Shown: positions 28,165 to 39,290, counted from the stretch's first letter. The stretch is 64,000 bases of DNA from Sphingomonadales bacterium (GCA_016872215.1 VHAX01000006.1:5115-69114); one strand, 5' to 3'. Made by a program: numbers and translations. The notes: generated from the letters alone by a model not told the origin.

Positions 28165-29295
28165 ATGCGTTGTCTATTTATGCGGCAGTTATTGGTCTCT
28201 CTTTTACTTTTTCTTGTAGGCCTGCAAGCCAGCGCACAAAGCACCGACAGCAGTCGGGTCGATGATGACGAAGACTATGGTTCGGCTGAGTTGGCCGGTG
28301 GTGGCAGCAGCAGAAGCTACGCCAGCGCACGGATCGTGGGCACGTCACCCCAGAGGTTCATAACCCTAGCGTTCGATCACCAACTGGGCTACGACATGAA
28401 TTTGTCGGATTGGGGAGAATTCGCCGACGATAGCATCCCCCAATATGGGCGCGCCCAAAGGGTGAAGTCGACGGGTGGACTCCGATTCAATGCCAGCATT
28501 CCTGTTATATCCCGGAACAACCTGGTATGGCAATTGGGAGGCAATTATTGGGAAAGTCGCTACCAAATGGAGGAACCCATTGTGAATGATATCCTGGCTC
28601 CGGTGCGGAATGTTGTGGCAACAGCACTTAAGGAAGGGGGATTGCGTACGGCGGGTTTGAATACAACGATTTACAAGCCGCTCAATGCAGAGCAGTTCCT
28701 GCTCGTTCAGGCCTCGGTCGACATGAGTGGAGATTTTGGAATCGAATTGCAGCCTGTTGTGCGCACTTCCGCGGCGGTCATCTGGGGAAAGCGGCCCCAT
28801 GAACGAAAACAGTGGGGCGTGGGCCTCGTGCGTACCTATCGGGTTGGCGCACTGAATTATTTACCAGTCTATATGTTGAACTGGACGGCACCAAACAGGC
28901 GCTGGGGTTTCGAATCACTCCTTCCGGCACGGGCCTCGATACGCTACAACATCGATCGAAACAGTATGCTTTTGGGAGGATTTGAGTTGGAGGGACAAAG
29001 CTACCGAATAGAGCGTCTTTCATTGTTTGAACGCGGTGAGATATCACCACCCATCAGCTTCGAAATACGTAGGGGTGAACTGCGCCCACGCCTCGAATAC
29101 CTCCGCCAGTTAAAAGGGTATTGGTGGATGCACGCTCAGGCAGGGATTCGACTCGACTACAGCTTCGATGCGGATGAATTGCAAGGTGGCAAGGAATTTT
29201 TCAGGGGATTTTTTGGCGATCAACCTTTTGCTATGATCAACAGCCTGGGGAATACCCCCTACTTCCAGTTGGGCATCAACTTTGTTAGTCCATAA
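28165..29295 (+). CDS. Hypothetical outer-membrane/secreted protein
   Basis: Cleavable signal peptide (…GLQASAQ) and alternating hydrophobic strands suggest a beta-barrel. No family was recognised. Confidence 0.35.
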   Translation: MRCLFMRQLLVSLLLFLVGLQASAQSTDSSRVDDDEDYGSAELAGGGSSRSYASARIVGTSPQRFITLAFDHQLGYDMNLSDWGEFADDSIPQYGRAQRVKSTGGLRFNASIPVISRNNLVWQLGGNYWESRYQMEEPIVNDILAPVRNVVATALKEGGLRTAGLNTTIYKPLNAEQFLLVQASVDMSGDFGIELQPVVRTSAAVIWGKRPHERKQWGVGLVRTYRVGALNYLPVYMLNWTAPNRRWGFESLLPARASIRYNIDRNSMLLGGFELEGQSYRIERLSLFERGEISPPISFEIRRGELRPRLEYLRQLKGYWWMHAQAGIRLDYSFDADELQGGKEFFRGFFGDQPFAMINSLGNTPYFQLGINFVSP

Positions 29296-29539
29296 GCACA
29301 CCTGCCTTGGCTAATGCCAATCAATGGCCCATTCGGTGCCAATAGCCGGATTCAAATCCGCAAGCCAAATTTTGTGACTTCAACGCCTCCACGGTTTTAA
29401 AAAAAAAACATCTTCGTCGAGTTTCAGGGATAGGCTCTTCATACATGGTAGATTGTGGGATTTAATGTCAATAAGCGTATACATAAAGTATATACTGCAG
29501 AGATATTATTAAGCATACAAATTTGAGATGGATGGAGGT

Positions 29540-31030
29540 CTACCCAAGATCTGCCACGATACAAACTGGCCTATTGCTGGACAAAGTGGTGAAAATCAGG
29601 TAGGCATCGGCCCCATCAGGGATTTTGAGGGTCGACCTGAGCTGAGCAACGGCGAGGTAAAAACCCTTGCTGGCCATCATAGCACGGTTTATGCCCATCG
29701 ACTTCAATTGGGTCGCCAAGGTCTTGGGTTGGTAGTTGAGCACATCGCGAATTCTAAATATCCTGCCCGGAACTTGATTAGAGCATGGGGGGATAGTAGC
29801 CGAATTCATCAGAAAATAAGGCACATGGGGAGTTAGTTGAGCATATCCCATTTCGGCAGCATAGTGTCCCGACAAATTCAATCGGGTGAGTCCCGCGTGT
29901 GGCTCGAATAGGAGGTCACCCGGTCTGGCTTGGGATGGGTTGATGTGCATGGCACTCGATTCAGACAGGTTGCGGGTAAATAAATGAAATTGGGGTGGCC
30001 CGGTTATTTCGAGTGAAAGAGGTTCTTTTTGGGGAAAAAATGCATCGGGTGAAATAAGTGTGTTGAGTGAAGCAGATACTTTATGTGAAATAGGTATTTC
30101 CAGCGAATCCTTAGTCTCGTGTGCCTGGGGGAGGGTTGAATGTCCGTCCATTTCAACGATAGGCTCGTGATGGTCACCCTCATAGATGTGTACTGCATGC
30201 AGCCGACATTCATCTGTTGCCTCCTGCTGAACCCTAAAAAGGATTTCTTTCAATTCCCCTTGCCAGCAGATGGCGAAAACATCCGTGGTGTGGCCATCCC
30301 ATGCGTGCATGCTCGCGGCGGGATCGGTCATAGGCGATGATTTCACCCAAACACTGTTGAATGCCGAACAAAGTCGCGGCATCAGAGCAACCACATTCGG
30401 AAGGGAATCTTGCCAGGAGAAGGTGCGCCGCCCGCCCGGTCGTCGATCCGGATCAATATAAGCCACCGATCCGATGGGGTGACGGTCAATAGGATTGAGC
30501 AAGTCGTCCGACTCACTTTTAATAGGGAGGGTTTGATTGCCCAGTTTTGGGTTAGATTTCAGGCATTCGGTACCCTGCAAATAGGCAATGCCATCGTCGC
30601 ATATGTTTAGGTGGTTCCTTGCACACCTAAAATTATAAGCAAGCATGGACCTGAGTACAGGGTCATTTTCGGCCATGGAAAGCGGTATGCCAGAGCGCGA
30701 TGCAAAGTAGGCATCCACCCCGGCCCCTGTTGTGAGGTCCGTGAAACTGCTTGCCAGCAACCAAGTCGATTTCACCCGGGCTACGGCCTCGGAGGTGCAT
30801 TGCTCCAAGCTGCGCTGGGTAAAAAGCCATCCGTTATTATGCAACCAGGGCACTTTAATCCTGGCCTTCTGGTGCACATGCAGTTGTTCCAAAGCGTATG
30901 AGGCCAATGGTCCAAAAGCCTTTTGAGCCCGCGAGATTCTACCGCTTTCTGTGCGCATCACTTCCGTTTGTAGAAATTCGTGCAAAGGCTGACCGCACAA
31001 GAATTCGACGAGTTTTTCAGGTTCAAGCAT
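29540..31030 (-). CDS. Class I SAM-dependent methyltransferase-like protein with C-terminal THUMP-like region
   Basis: Motif-I-like FTDLTTGAGVDAYFAS and an acidic post-I motif, with a C-terminal ~150 aa extension. This family is widespread in Bacteroidota with unknown substrate. Confidence 0.4.
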   Translation of the reverse strand: MLEPEKLVEFLCGQPLHEFLQTEVMRTESGRISRAQKAFGPLASYALEQLHVHQKARIKVPWLHNNGWLFTQRSLEQCTSEAVARVKSTWLLASSFTDLTTGAGVDAYFASRSGIPLSMAENDPVLRSMLAYNFRCARNHLNICDDGIAYLQGTECLKSNPKLGNQTLPIKSESDDLLNPIDRHPIGSVAYIDPDRRPGGRRTFSWQDSLPNVVALMPRLCSAFNSVWVKSSPMTDPAASMHAWDGHTTDVFAICWQGELKEILFRVQQEATDECRLHAVHIYEGDHHEPIVEMDGHSTLPQAHETKDSLEIPISHKVSASLNTLISPDAFFPQKEPLSLEITGPPQFHLFTRNLSESSAMHINPSQARPGDLLFEPHAGLTRLNLSGHYAAEMGYAQLTPHVPYFLMNSATIPPCSNQVPGRIFRIRDVLNYQPKTLATQLKSMGINRAMMASKGFYLAVAQLRSTLKIPDGADAYLIFTTLSSNRPVCIVADLG

Positions 31031-31089
31031 GTTTGCCTGGGTTTGGTAATCTCACTTTTTTTTCGGTCTTTCGCAGACAAATATGAATT

Positions 31090-31215
31090 ATGAAAAAGTC
31101 ATTTTTCCTTTTGTCGCTTTTGGCTCTTGCGCTTTTTGCTTCTTCATGCCACCGCTCCTGTCCGGCCTACGGACAAAACAGCCCGGCTCCTACGGAGTCT
31201 TCAGACCGTAGCTGA
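31090..31215 (+). CDS. Small putative lipoprotein (about 41 aa)
   Basis: MKKSFFLLSLLALALFASSC lipoprotein signal followed by a short tail. It is below the ORF-track size cut-off and its 3' end overlaps the osmC 3' end convergently. Confidence 0.25.
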   Translation: MKKSFFLLSLLALALFASSCHRSCPAYGQNSPAPTESSDRS

Positions 31216-31615
31216 AGCGAACAACCTGTTCGATCTCCGGTGAAAGGCTCTTAGCGACCGGACAACTACGCGCGGCTTGTTCGAGTATCGCTCGATCATG
31301 GGGTTCCCATTCTCCGGGTATATGTAGGTCGATGATTAGCCGCGCCACCCTTCGGGCCCCCTCGCTCGACATTTCCTTGCTCACCGAACCGTTCATGCCG
31401 TCCAGATCCCATCCCCGCGATCGGGCTGTAATGCCCATGAGGGTCTGCATGCAGGTCAGTAATGCGGTGGCCAACAAGTCAGTTGGCGAGAAAGAGGACC
31501 CCAGTCCCTGGTTGTCGCGGGGGGCATCGGTGAGCAGTTCGGCGTTGGAACTCATGTGGCGCGCCGAGCAACGCAGATTACCTAAATAATATACATCCAT
31601 TTTGGTCATAATCAA
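31190..31615 (-). CDS. OsmC/Ohr-family peroxiredoxin-like protein
   Basis: 141 aa with two conserved Cys regions (LTCMQTLMG and AARSCPVAKSL) typical of OsmC. Confidence 0.6.
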   Translation of the reverse strand: MIMTKMDVYYLGNLRCSARHMSSNAELLTDAPRDNQGLGSSFSPTDLLATALLTCMQTLMGITARSRGWDLDGMNGSVSKEMSSEGARRVARLIIDLHIPGEWEPHDRAILEQAARSCPVAKSLSPEIEQVVRFSYGLKTP

Positions 31616-31747
31616 TTCAGTTAGAGTTTAATCTACCCTGATAGGGGGATTCAGTCACGCAAAATACCATTTTTGCAGGCGCACAACATTTATAAGCATT
31701 GTTTGTTTCTTATCTTTGATGTTTGAGAATAAAAGTGGCCTCTTTTC

Positions 31748-32605
31748 ATGATTTCAACCATACCCAATAATAAAAGTAGAAAAGGTGGGAACCCTCTCGA
31801 CTCCTTTGGGTTTATTTGGGTCGCCACCACGCTTTTATTCCTGACACCACTCAACCTCATCGCCCAGAATGGGTCGCTATCAACTGTTCGCCCATCGGGT
31901 TCCGAAGGCCGCAACGACATCAACTATTTCCGATACTACACTCTGGGGGGCGGAGTCCACAACCTGGGGTGGTTTCTGAACGCACGCTATGGACGCAGCG
32001 CCACGCGCGTGGAGGACAGAGCCTGGGAGGTGGAATTGTGGCGGTTGAAGCACCCCAAGGAGGTGCGCATCACCAACGAACAATTCATCAACCCGCGGCC
32101 GTTCGTTTTTGGTAAACTCAACGAGTTGATCCTGTTGCGTGGTGGTTACAGTTGGGAACGCCTGCTTTTCGAAAAGGGACCCAAAAATGGCGTGGAGTGG
32201 CGCTGGAGGTATGGGGGTGGACTATCATTAGTTTTCTTGAAGCCGGTTTACCTCGATGTACTTTATCCCATCGACCCATCAGATCCCCAGTATGTAACAG
32301 TGCGATCGGAGCGCTACGACCCCGGGCGGCACGGGAAAAGCGATATTTATGGGCGTTCGCGCTTTCAGGAGGGACTCGACGAAATGAGCCTTCAGGCAGG
32401 TGTGTATGGCCGGACGGGCTTGCTTTTTGAATGGGGTGCCACGGCAGAAGAACTTAGGGTGCTGGAGGCCGGACTATCGGTCGATCTCCTGCCTTTTCGA
32501 CCAGTTGTTATGGCCGAGAATATTCCGGGAATTCCTGGAAGTCTGAGAAACCCGATTGTGTACCCATCACTTTATGTTGCCGTACACCTCGGCAACAAAT
32601 GGTAG
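31748..32605 (+). CDS. Hypothetical secreted/outer-membrane protein
   Basis: Signal-like N-terminus (VATTLLFLTPLNLIAQ). No recognisable domain. Confidence 0.3.
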   Translation: MISTIPNNKSRKGGNPLDSFGFIWVATTLLFLTPLNLIAQNGSLSTVRPSGSEGRNDINYFRYYTLGGGVHNLGWFLNARYGRSATRVEDRAWEVELWRLKHPKEVRITNEQFINPRPFVFGKLNELILLRGGYSWERLLFEKGPKNGVEWRWRYGGGLSLVFLKPVYLDVLYPIDPSDPQYVTVRSERYDPGRHGKSDIYGRSRFQEGLDEMSLQAGVYGRTGLLFEWGATAEELRVLEAGLSVDLLPFRPVVMAENIPGIPGSLRNPIVYPSLYVAVHLGNKW

Positions 32606-32650
32606 GCACATATTTTCCCACCTTGATCGATTGAAGCGTATTTTTGCAGA

Positions 32651-33526
32651 ATGGACCATCATTTGGTACTGGACATCCGCTCCGAGCGTCGCAAGAAACC
32701 CGATTGGCTGCGGGTTAAGTTGCCATCGGGTGAGGCATTTCGAAAAGTTCGTGGACTGGTCGACCAATACAAACTGCATACGATTTGTGAAAGCGGCAAT
32801 TGTCCCAACATGGGCGAATGCTGGGGGGCCGGCACAGCCACTTTTATGATTCTGGGAAATATTTGCACGCGAGGGTGTTCATTTTGTGCGGTAGCCACGG
32901 GACGACCCACGGAACTCGATCTCGATGAGCCCTACCGGGTTGCGGAGGCCATCCGACTGATGGGGGTGAAGCATGCGGTGCTCACATCGGTCAACCGCGA
33001 TGAACTGCAGGACCGGGGGGCCTCCGTTTGGGCCGCCACCGTTCGTGAAATCCGAAATGCATCGCCCTCCACTACCCTCGAAACGCTGATTCCCGACGTG
33101 AAAGCCAACTGGGAAGCCCTGGAACTGATGATTTCTGAGCGGCCGGAGGTGGTTTCACACAATATGGAAACGGTGGAACCACTCTACCGATTGGTGCGCC
33201 CCCAGGCCCGCTACAGCCGGAGTTTGGAGCAGTTGTCGCGCATCAGCGCGTCCGGACTCCGCACCAAAACTGGTTTTATGGTAGGATTGGGCGAAACGCG
33301 TGAGGATGTTGCCCGGTTGCTCGATGAATTGGTCGAAGCAAACGTGCATGTTGTCACCATCGGTCAATACCTACAGCCCACAGCCCGTCACCTGGAGGTG
33401 GCGGAATTCGTGCACCCAGATCGTTTCGAAGAGTACAAGCAAATGGGCTATGACCGCGGTTTCGATTTCGTGGAAAGCGGCCCGCTGGTTCGCTCATCGT
33501 ATCATGCAGAACGACAGTTAGGATGA
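32651..33526 (+). CDS. lipA: Lipoyl synthase
   Basis: Two Cys clusters, [12 protein letters not shown] and the radical-SAM CTRGCSFC, with typical LipA length. Confidence 0.9.
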   Translation: MDHHLVLDIRSERRKKPDWLRVKLPSGEAFRKVRGLVDQYKLHTICESGNCPNMGECWGAGTATFMILGNICTRGCSFCAVATGRPTELDLDEPYRVAEAIRLMGVKHAVLTSVNRDELQDRGASVWAATVREIRNASPSTTLETLIPDVKANWEALELMISERPEVVSHNMETVEPLYRLVRPQARYSRSLEQLSRISASGLRTKTGFMVGLGETREDVARLLDELVEANVHVVTIGQYLQPTARHLEVAEFVHPDRFEEYKQMGYDRGFDFVESGPLVRSSYHAERQLG

Positions 33527-33828
33527 GCTTAAGGGGTGGCGATGCCAGCAGTCTGGCTAAGGTACTGGGTGACCTGGTGGAGACCTATAAATTACGGGCG
33601 CCCCTCGATGAGGCCCGCCTCCGCATATGCTGGGATAACTTGATGGGCGATGCCGTGGCGGCCCAAACCGAATCGTTTCTGGTAAGTGGACAAAAACTCA
33701 TGGTTCGCATCAGTGATGCATCGCTACGATCTGAACTGCACCTGAATCAGTCTGACATTATCGAGAGGCTGAATGCTTGTGCCGGCATCAGCGGCCGCCA
33801 CCGGATCAGCCGATTACTATTTATTTGA
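33523..33828 (+). CDS. DUF721 (DciA-like) small protein
   Basis: About 100 aa with a DUF721-like pattern. Its start overlaps the lipA stop by 4 bp. Confidence 0.4.
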   Translation: MSLRGGDASSLAKVLGDLVETYKLRAPLDEARLRICWDNLMGDAVAAQTESFLVSGQKLMVRISDASLRSELHLNQSDIIERLNACAGISGRHRISRLLFI

Positions 33829-33984
33829 TGCCCGAAACGGTAAATGACATGAACAATCAAAACAGCAGTCACAAATCCATACATCGATCACACAGTATTC
33901 AAAAAGCAATCATTCAACAGGTTTTCTATGCTCAGGCATTAGTTCTTCAACAATCCGACAACAGCCATTAAATATTCTGATATC

Positions 33985-34599
33985 ATGTCAACATTGGTTT
34001 TGGTCCGGCACGGACAATCACAATGGAATCTCGAGAACCGCTTCACAGGCTGGGTCGATGTGCCCCTTTCACCCCAAGGCGAACAAGAGGCCGCACGTGC
34101 GGGTAGTCTGCTGATGGACTATCATTTTGATATTGCTTTCACAAGTGCGCTGCAGCGGGCACAGAGTACGCTGCGCATCATGCTTCAGGAGATGGGGGTG
34201 GAGGACCTTCCCGTGACGGCCAACGAGGCCCTCAACGAGCGGATGTATGGGATGCTTCAGGGCCTCAACAAGGCAGAAACTGCAGAGCGGTATGGCGATG
34301 AACAGGTGCAGATTTGGAGGCGTAGCTATGACGTGGCCCCTCCCGACGGGGAGAGTTTAAAAGACACCGCGGCCCGGGTTATTCCTTATGTGACCCGGGA
34401 GATATTCCCGCTCCTTCGCTCCGGAAAAAATGTACTGGTTGCGGCGCATGGCAACAGTCTGCGGGCGCTTGTCATGCAACTCGAAGGAATGAGTCCCGTC
34501 CAAATTCTCCAATTCGAGATCCCGACGGCCGTTCCCAGGGTCTATTCTCTGTCTGATGACCTCACGGTTCAAGATGCCCGTTTCCTGATTCAAAAATGA
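33985..34599 (+). CDS. gpmA: 2,3-bisphosphoglycerate-dependent phosphoglycerate mutase-like histidine phosphatase
   Basis: RHG catalytic motif in the N-terminus ([26 protein letters not shown]). Confidence 0.75.
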   Translation: MSTLVLVRHGQSQWNLENRFTGWVDVPLSPQGEQEAARAGSLLMDYHFDIAFTSALQRAQSTLRIMLQEMGVEDLPVTANEALNERMYGMLQGLNKAETAERYGDEQVQIWRRSYDVAPPDGESLKDTAARVIPYVTREIFPLLRSGKNVLVAAHGNSLRALVMQLEGMSPVQILQFEIPTAVPRVYSLSDDLTVQDARFLIQK

Positions 34600-34628
34600 T
34601 AATTCTACGTCCTGAGCCAACATATTCG

Positions 34629-34636
34629 TACTTTTG
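34629..34636 (+). promoter_or_regulatory. Candidate -7 element (TACTTTTG) for moxR
   Basis: TAnnTTTG motif 21 bp upstream of the ATG at 34657. No clear -33 TTG. Confidence 0.25.
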
Positions 34637-34656
34637 CACCTCCAATTTAAATCCTT

Positions 34657-35625
34657 ATGTCCACAAACTTTTCCTCCGACAAAGAAGCCGTTGATGCGCT
34701 GTATGAGCGTTACCAGCAATGCCGCAAAGAAGTGTTCGGGGTGGTGATCGGCCAGGATCAGGTGGTGGAGTCGGTATTTATCTCCATTTTCAGCAATGGC
34801 CACTGCCTGCTGGTGGGGGTGCCCGGACTCGCCAAAACGCTTCTGGTGCACACCATCGGCCAGGTGCTTGACCTGAGTTTTAGTCGTGTTCAGTTCACAC
34901 CTGACCTCATGCCGGGCGATATAACTGGTTCGGAGGTGCTCGACGATCAACGCCACTTCAAGTTTGTTCCGGGTCCGCTATTTGCAAATGTGGTGCTGGC
35001 CGACGAGATCAACCGAACCCCGCCCAAAACGCAGAGTGCCTTACTGGAGGCCATGCAGGAAAAGCAGGTTACCATATCCGGCAAGCATTATACCCTTCCC
35101 GCCCCATTTTTTGTGTTGGCTACTCAAAACCCCATCGAGCAGGAAGGAACATACCCTTTGCCTGAGGCGCAACTCGACCGTTTTATGTTTCACGTTCAAC
35201 TCGGATACCCCAAATTTGAGGACGAGCTGGAGGTGGTGCGCCACACCACCACCGATCTGCTGCCATCGGCCAATAAGGTCATGGGAGCCGATGAAATCCT
35301 GTATTTCCAGCAGCTGATCCGCCGTATTCCGATCAGCGATACTGTGCTGAACTATGCGGTGAAACTGGCCCACAAAACCCGTCCCGGTGGAACATTCGCA
35401 GGCGACGAAACGAATCGTTTGGTGAGCTGGGGCGCGGGCCCGCGGGCATCTCAATACCTGGCCATCGGAGCCAAATGCCATGCGGCTCTCAACCAAAAAT
35501 ATGCGCCCGATATTGAAGATGTACGGGCTGTTGCGAAGAACATTCTCCGTCACCGTATGGTGCTCAACTACAAGGCGGAAGCGGAGGGGATTACGGCGGA
35601 TGACCTGATCGAGAAAATTTGGTAG
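34657..35625 (+). CDS. MoxR-family AAA+ ATPase
   Basis: Walker A GVPGLAKT, Walker B (VLADEINR) and MoxR-typical length. VVIGQDQVVESV... Confidence 0.85.
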   Translation: MSTNFSSDKEAVDALYERYQQCRKEVFGVVIGQDQVVESVFISIFSNGHCLLVGVPGLAKTLLVHTIGQVLDLSFSRVQFTPDLMPGDITGSEVLDDQRHFKFVPGPLFANVVLADEINRTPPKTQSALLEAMQEKQVTISGKHYTLPAPFFVLATQNPIEQEGTYPLPEAQLDRFMFHVQLGYPKFEDELEVVRHTTTDLLPSANKVMGADEILYFQQLIRRIPISDTVLNYAVKLAHKTRPGGTFAGDETNRLVSWGAGPRASQYLAIGAKCHAALNQKYAPDIEDVRAVAKNILRHRMVLNYKAEAEGITADDLIEKIW

Positions 35626-35688
35626 TGGTGGGGGATGAACTTTTCCGCTATTTATCCGTTTTATATCCAATTTTAAACAATACTCTAT

Positions 35689-36363
35689 ATGTTATATATT
35701 TTGATGTTTCTCATGATGGTTGCCAGCTGGATCGTCGGCGCCCGTTTTAAAAATCGTTTCAATAAGTACGCAGCTACACCACTCGATGGCGGTATGTCGG
35801 GTCGTGATATTGCAGAGCGGATGTTGCACGACCATCAAATACGGGATGTTCAGATTATTTCTGCGGAGGGACAATTAACCGACCACTACAATCCGATCGA
35901 CCGCACCGTGAACCTGAGCCGTGAGGTTTATTATGGCAATTCGGTCGCTGCGGCTGCCGTAGCGGCTCATGAGGTGGGGCACGCCGTACAGCATGCAAAC
36001 GCCTATTCGTGGCTACAGTTCCGATCTAAAATGGTGCCTGCCTTAAGCGTCACCAATCGATTTATTCCCTGGTTGCTGTTGGGAGGTGTTTTTACCCTTC
36101 ACATTTTTCCCGAGTTATTGTTTTTGGGGGTAACCCTTTTTGCCCTCACCACTATATTTACCTTCGTAACCCTGCCCGTTGAGTTCGATGCCAGTCGTAG
36201 GGCTTTGGTGTGGCTCGATCAAAACAACGTAACTACCTCTCGTCAACATACAATGGCAAAAGACGCCTTGCATTGGGCCGCCATGACCTATGTGATTGCA
36301 GCCCTGAGCTCGCTGGCCACATTATTATACTACGCCAGCTTGCTGTTTTTGCGCCGCGATTAA
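35689..36363 (+). CDS. Membrane zinc metallopeptidase (YugP/Zn_peptidase_2 family)
   Basis: HEVGHAVQH motif between TM segments. Confidence 0.6.
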   Translation: MLYILMFLMMVASWIVGARFKNRFNKYAATPLDGGMSGRDIAERMLHDHQIRDVQIISAEGQLTDHYNPIDRTVNLSREVYYGNSVAAAAVAAHEVGHAVQHANAYSWLQFRSKMVPALSVTNRFIPWLLLGGVFTLHIFPELLFLGVTLFALTTIFTFVTLPVEFDASRRALVWLDQNNVTTSRQHTMAKDALHWAAMTYVIAALSSLATLLYYASLLFLRRD

Positions 36364-36426
36364 TCGATTTTTTTATTGTTAATGAAGTAGTTCTGACCGG
36401 TACTCGGTTCTTTAGTTGATGGCGAA

Positions 36427-37185
36427 GTGGTTCTGACCGACACCCACACGCACCTCTACAGCCGGCAATTCGATGCCGATCGGGATGCCGTGATGCAGCG
36501 GGCCCGGGAAGCTGGAGTGGGTATGATGCTGCTGCCTAATGTAGATCAGGAAAGTGTGGAGGGCATGCATGCACTGGAAGATGCGTATCCCGATGAGGTT
36601 CGATCCATGATGGGGCTACATCCCTGTTCGGTGGGTGATGATTGGCTAGGGGTCGTAGAAGATTTGTTTTCCTGGTTGGATCGACGAAAATATGTGGCTA
36701 TCGGGGAGATCGGAATTGATCTCTACTGGCGTAAAGACAATTTAGACCAGCAGCGAGAGGCTTTTTTATGGCAGGTGGATCAGGCGAAGTTCAGGTCACT
36801 GCCAGTTGTGATCCACTCCAGGGAGAGCACGAGGGTGATTTTAGATGCATTAGGAAGTAATACGATAGTGGGGGTGTTCCACTGTTTCTCCGGAACTCAG
36901 GAGGAGGCTCAACGCATTATCGATCGGGGGATGCATTTGGGCATTGGTGGAGTCGTTACATACAAAAATGCGGATAATTTGCGGGCGATTGTGCGGGAAG
37001 TGGACCGGAGCCGAGTCCTGCTGGAGACCGATAGTCCTTATTTGAGTCCCTATCCCTACAGGGGTCAGCGCAACGAAAGCGCGCGGATCATTGAGGTGGC
37101 GCGCGTGGTGGCGGAATGCTGGTCGATGCCCACCGAAGAAGTAGCTAAAATCTGCAGCCGCAACGCCAAAACCCTGTTTTCTTGA
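36427..37185 (+). CDS. TatD-family metal-dependent hydrolase/DNase
   Basis: TDTHTHL N-terminal motif and the full TatD fold. Confidence 0.85.
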   Translation: MVLTDTHTHLYSRQFDADRDAVMQRAREAGVGMMLLPNVDQESVEGMHALEDAYPDEVRSMMGLHPCSVGDDWLGVVEDLFSWLDRRKYVAIGEIGIDLYWRKDNLDQQREAFLWQVDQAKFRSLPVVIHSRESTRVILDALGSNTIVGVFHCFSGTQEEAQRIIDRGMHLGIGGVVTYKNADNLRAIVREVDRSRVLLETDSPYLSPYPYRGQRNESARIIEVARVVAECWSMPTEEVAKICSRNAKTLFS

Positions 37186-38213
37186 TGAGCAGGCGTATTC
37201 TGCTGATCTACACGGGAGGTACATTGGGCATGGTGCGCGATGAACAGTCGGGGGCTCTCATCTCTTTCGCCTTAAATGATGTTGCGCACAAATTGCCCGA
37301 ACTGAAGGCTTTGGGCTATCACATAGATGCCATCACCCCCATTCATCCCATCGATTCATCAGAGGTCGAGCCCGACCATTGGCAGTGCATCGCGCAATCC
37401 GTGTCGGATCACTACAACGATTATGATGGATTTGTGGTGTTGCACGGTACCGATACGATGGCATACACCGCCAGTGCCCTGAGTTATATGCTAGATGGAC
37501 TAACGAAGCCGGTGGTTCTGACCGGTTCACAGCTACCCTTGGGCTTCCCACGTACTGATGCGCGTGAGAATTTGGTGACGGCCATTGAATTGGCGGGGGC
37601 TACAGATACGAATGGCAATCCCCGCGTGCCGGAGGTGGGCATTTATTTCGACTACCGTTTATTTCGCGGAAATCGCGCTTCAAAGTTCGACTCCGACAAA
37701 TTTCAAGCGTTTCAATCGCCCAATTATCCTGCCTTGGCAGAGGTGGGAACAGCCATCCGATTTCAGGATCGTTTCATTCGTTCGGCCACTCCCTCGACAT
37801 TCCAATTGCGAACTGGTATTCACCGGGGTGTAGCAGGTATCCGGTTGTTCCCGGGTATGTCAAAGTCAGTGGTGGTTCCCTTGCTGGAGTCGCCCGAAAA
37901 TCGGGTGTTACTGATGGAGACCTTCGGTATGGGTAATGCCCCCACGCACGGATGGTTGCTTGATGCGCTCAGGCAGTACATCAGAGGTGGACGAACCGTA
38001 GTGTCGGTAACCCAATGTCGCGGGGGGTATGTCGACATGGGGCGCTACCATTCGTCGACCGTCCTACGCGAAATGGGGGTAGTCAGCGGGCGCGATATGA
38101 CCTTCGAGGCTGCAGTCACCAAGATTATGTGGCTCTTGGGCAACAATTACATTGGCACGGAACTGGAAAAGACCCTCGTTGAAAACCTCAGGGGAGAGTT
38201 AACTGAAGCTTAA
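37182..38213 (+). CDS. ansA: Type I L-asparaginase
   Basis: LLIYTGGTLGM threonine-nucleophile motif, 343 aa. Start overlaps the tatD stop. Confidence 0.85.
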   Translation: MMSRRILLIYTGGTLGMVRDEQSGALISFALNDVAHKLPELKALGYHIDAITPIHPIDSSEVEPDHWQCIAQSVSDHYNDYDGFVVLHGTDTMAYTASALSYMLDGLTKPVVLTGSQLPLGFPRTDARENLVTAIELAGATDTNGNPRVPEVGIYFDYRLFRGNRASKFDSDKFQAFQSPNYPALAEVGTAIRFQDRFIRSATPSTFQLRTGIHRGVAGIRLFPGMSKSVVVPLLESPENRVLLMETFGMGNAPTHGWLLDALRQYIRGGRTVVSVTQCRGGYVDMGRYHSSTVLREMGVVSGRDMTFEAAVTKIMWLLGNNYIGTELEKTLVENLRGELTEA

Positions 38214-38293
38214 GTTTGTGAATCTCCCTCCTTTTATTCTTAACTTTTGCGTGACTCTTTTTTATCTATATTAGCACGCTGATTTGTGGTTCC

Positions 38294-38383
38294 GGAGAGG
38301 TGTCCGAGTGGTTGAAGGAGCACGCCTGGAAAGTGTGTATATCCGAAAGGGTATCGCGGGTTCGAATCCCGCCCTCTCCGCCA
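38294..38383 (+). tRNA. tRNA-Ser (anticodon GGA)
   Basis: GGAGAGGTGTCCGAGTGGTTGAAGGAG... cloverleaf with a long variable arm, T-arm GGTTCGAATCC and acceptor CCTCTCC, ending GCCA. The anticodon loop cctGGAaa gives GGA. Confidence 0.85.
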
Positions 38384-38460
38384 CCTCCAACGGTACATAA
38401 AAGCTTGATCTTTGAATTCATACTTAACCCCAATAAACCACCCCTTAAACACATCGACTT

Positions 38461-39276
38461 ATGAAAAGAAAGTCACTTTTCGTTTCTCTGCTGATTTTGG
38501 CAGTTTGCACATTAGGCAGCCTGACATTCGCTCAGGATGCACCTGCCGGAGATACCAAAAAGAATGATACAGTTGCCGCTGCACCTCCGGCTGCCGACAC
38601 TATGGCCAGCGAAGAGGAAGCCGCCGCCCCTGTTGCTGAGCCGTCGGTTCACCAGGTCATTAAGCAGAAGTTTATAGAAGGAGGTTGGGAATGGATGAGC
38701 CCCATCTTATTGTGCATGATTATCGGATTGGCCATTGTTGTTGAGCGTATTATTTACCTCAATTTGGCCACCACCAACACGAAGAAATTGTTGGGTAAAA
38801 TCGAAGACGCCATGAAGAGTGGCGGAGTAGAGGCGGCAAAAGAACTATGCCGCAACACCCGCGGTCCGGTTGCCAGTATTTTTTATCAGGGTTTGGATCG
38901 TGTACATGAGGGAATTGAAATTGTTGAGAAATCAATTACATCGTACGGTTCCGTACAAATGGCACAGCTTGAGCGCGGATTAGTTTGGATTTCGCTTTTT
39001 ATCGCACTTGCCCCTATGCTTGGGTTTATGGGAACGGTTGTGGGAATGATTCAGGCGTTCGATGCCATCGAAGCTGCAGGTGATATTAGTCCATCGCTCG
39101 TAGCCGGTGGTATCAAGGTGGCGTTGTTGACCACAGTGGGGGGACTCATCGTGGCGGTTGTTCTTCAGATCTTTTACAATTATCTGCTGTCTAAAGTGGA
39201 CGGTTTGGTGATTGATATGGAAGACTCCAGCATTGGGTTGGTAGACATACTGGTTAAAAATCAAGCGAAAAAGTAA
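38461..39276 (+). CDS. exbB: MotA/TolQ/ExbB proton-channel protein
   Basis: 271 aa with an N-terminal signal/extension and the C-terminal TM helices and conserved MotA/TolQ/ExbB core. Confidence 0.8.
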   Translation: MKRKSLFVSLLILAVCTLGSLTFAQDAPAGDTKKNDTVAAAPPAADTMASEEEAAAPVAEPSVHQVIKQKFIEGGWEWMSPILLCMIIGLAIVVERIIYLNLATTNTKKLLGKIEDAMKSGGVEAAKELCRNTRGPVASIFYQGLDRVHEGIEIVEKSITSYGSVQMAQLERGLVWISLFIALAPMLGFMGTVVGMIQAFDAIEAAGDISPSLVAGGIKVALLTTVGGLIVAVVLQIFYNYLLSKVDGLVIDMEDSSIGLVDILVKNQAKK

Positions 39277-39290
39277 TCCGCTAATTAGAT

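Noticed and set aside
29296-29375. tRNA-like T-loop sequence GGATTCAAATCC downstream of the 28165..29295 gene (possible tRNA or att remnant)
   Set aside because: I could not fold a cloverleaf on either strand. There is no complementary acceptor stem, and no integrase or other mobile genes are nearby. It is most likely a chance match.
29528-29836. 102-aa plus-strand ORF overlapping the 3' end of the 29540..31030 methyltransferase-like gene
   Set aside because: It is fully embedded antisense to a longer conserved-looking gene and has no recognisable features.
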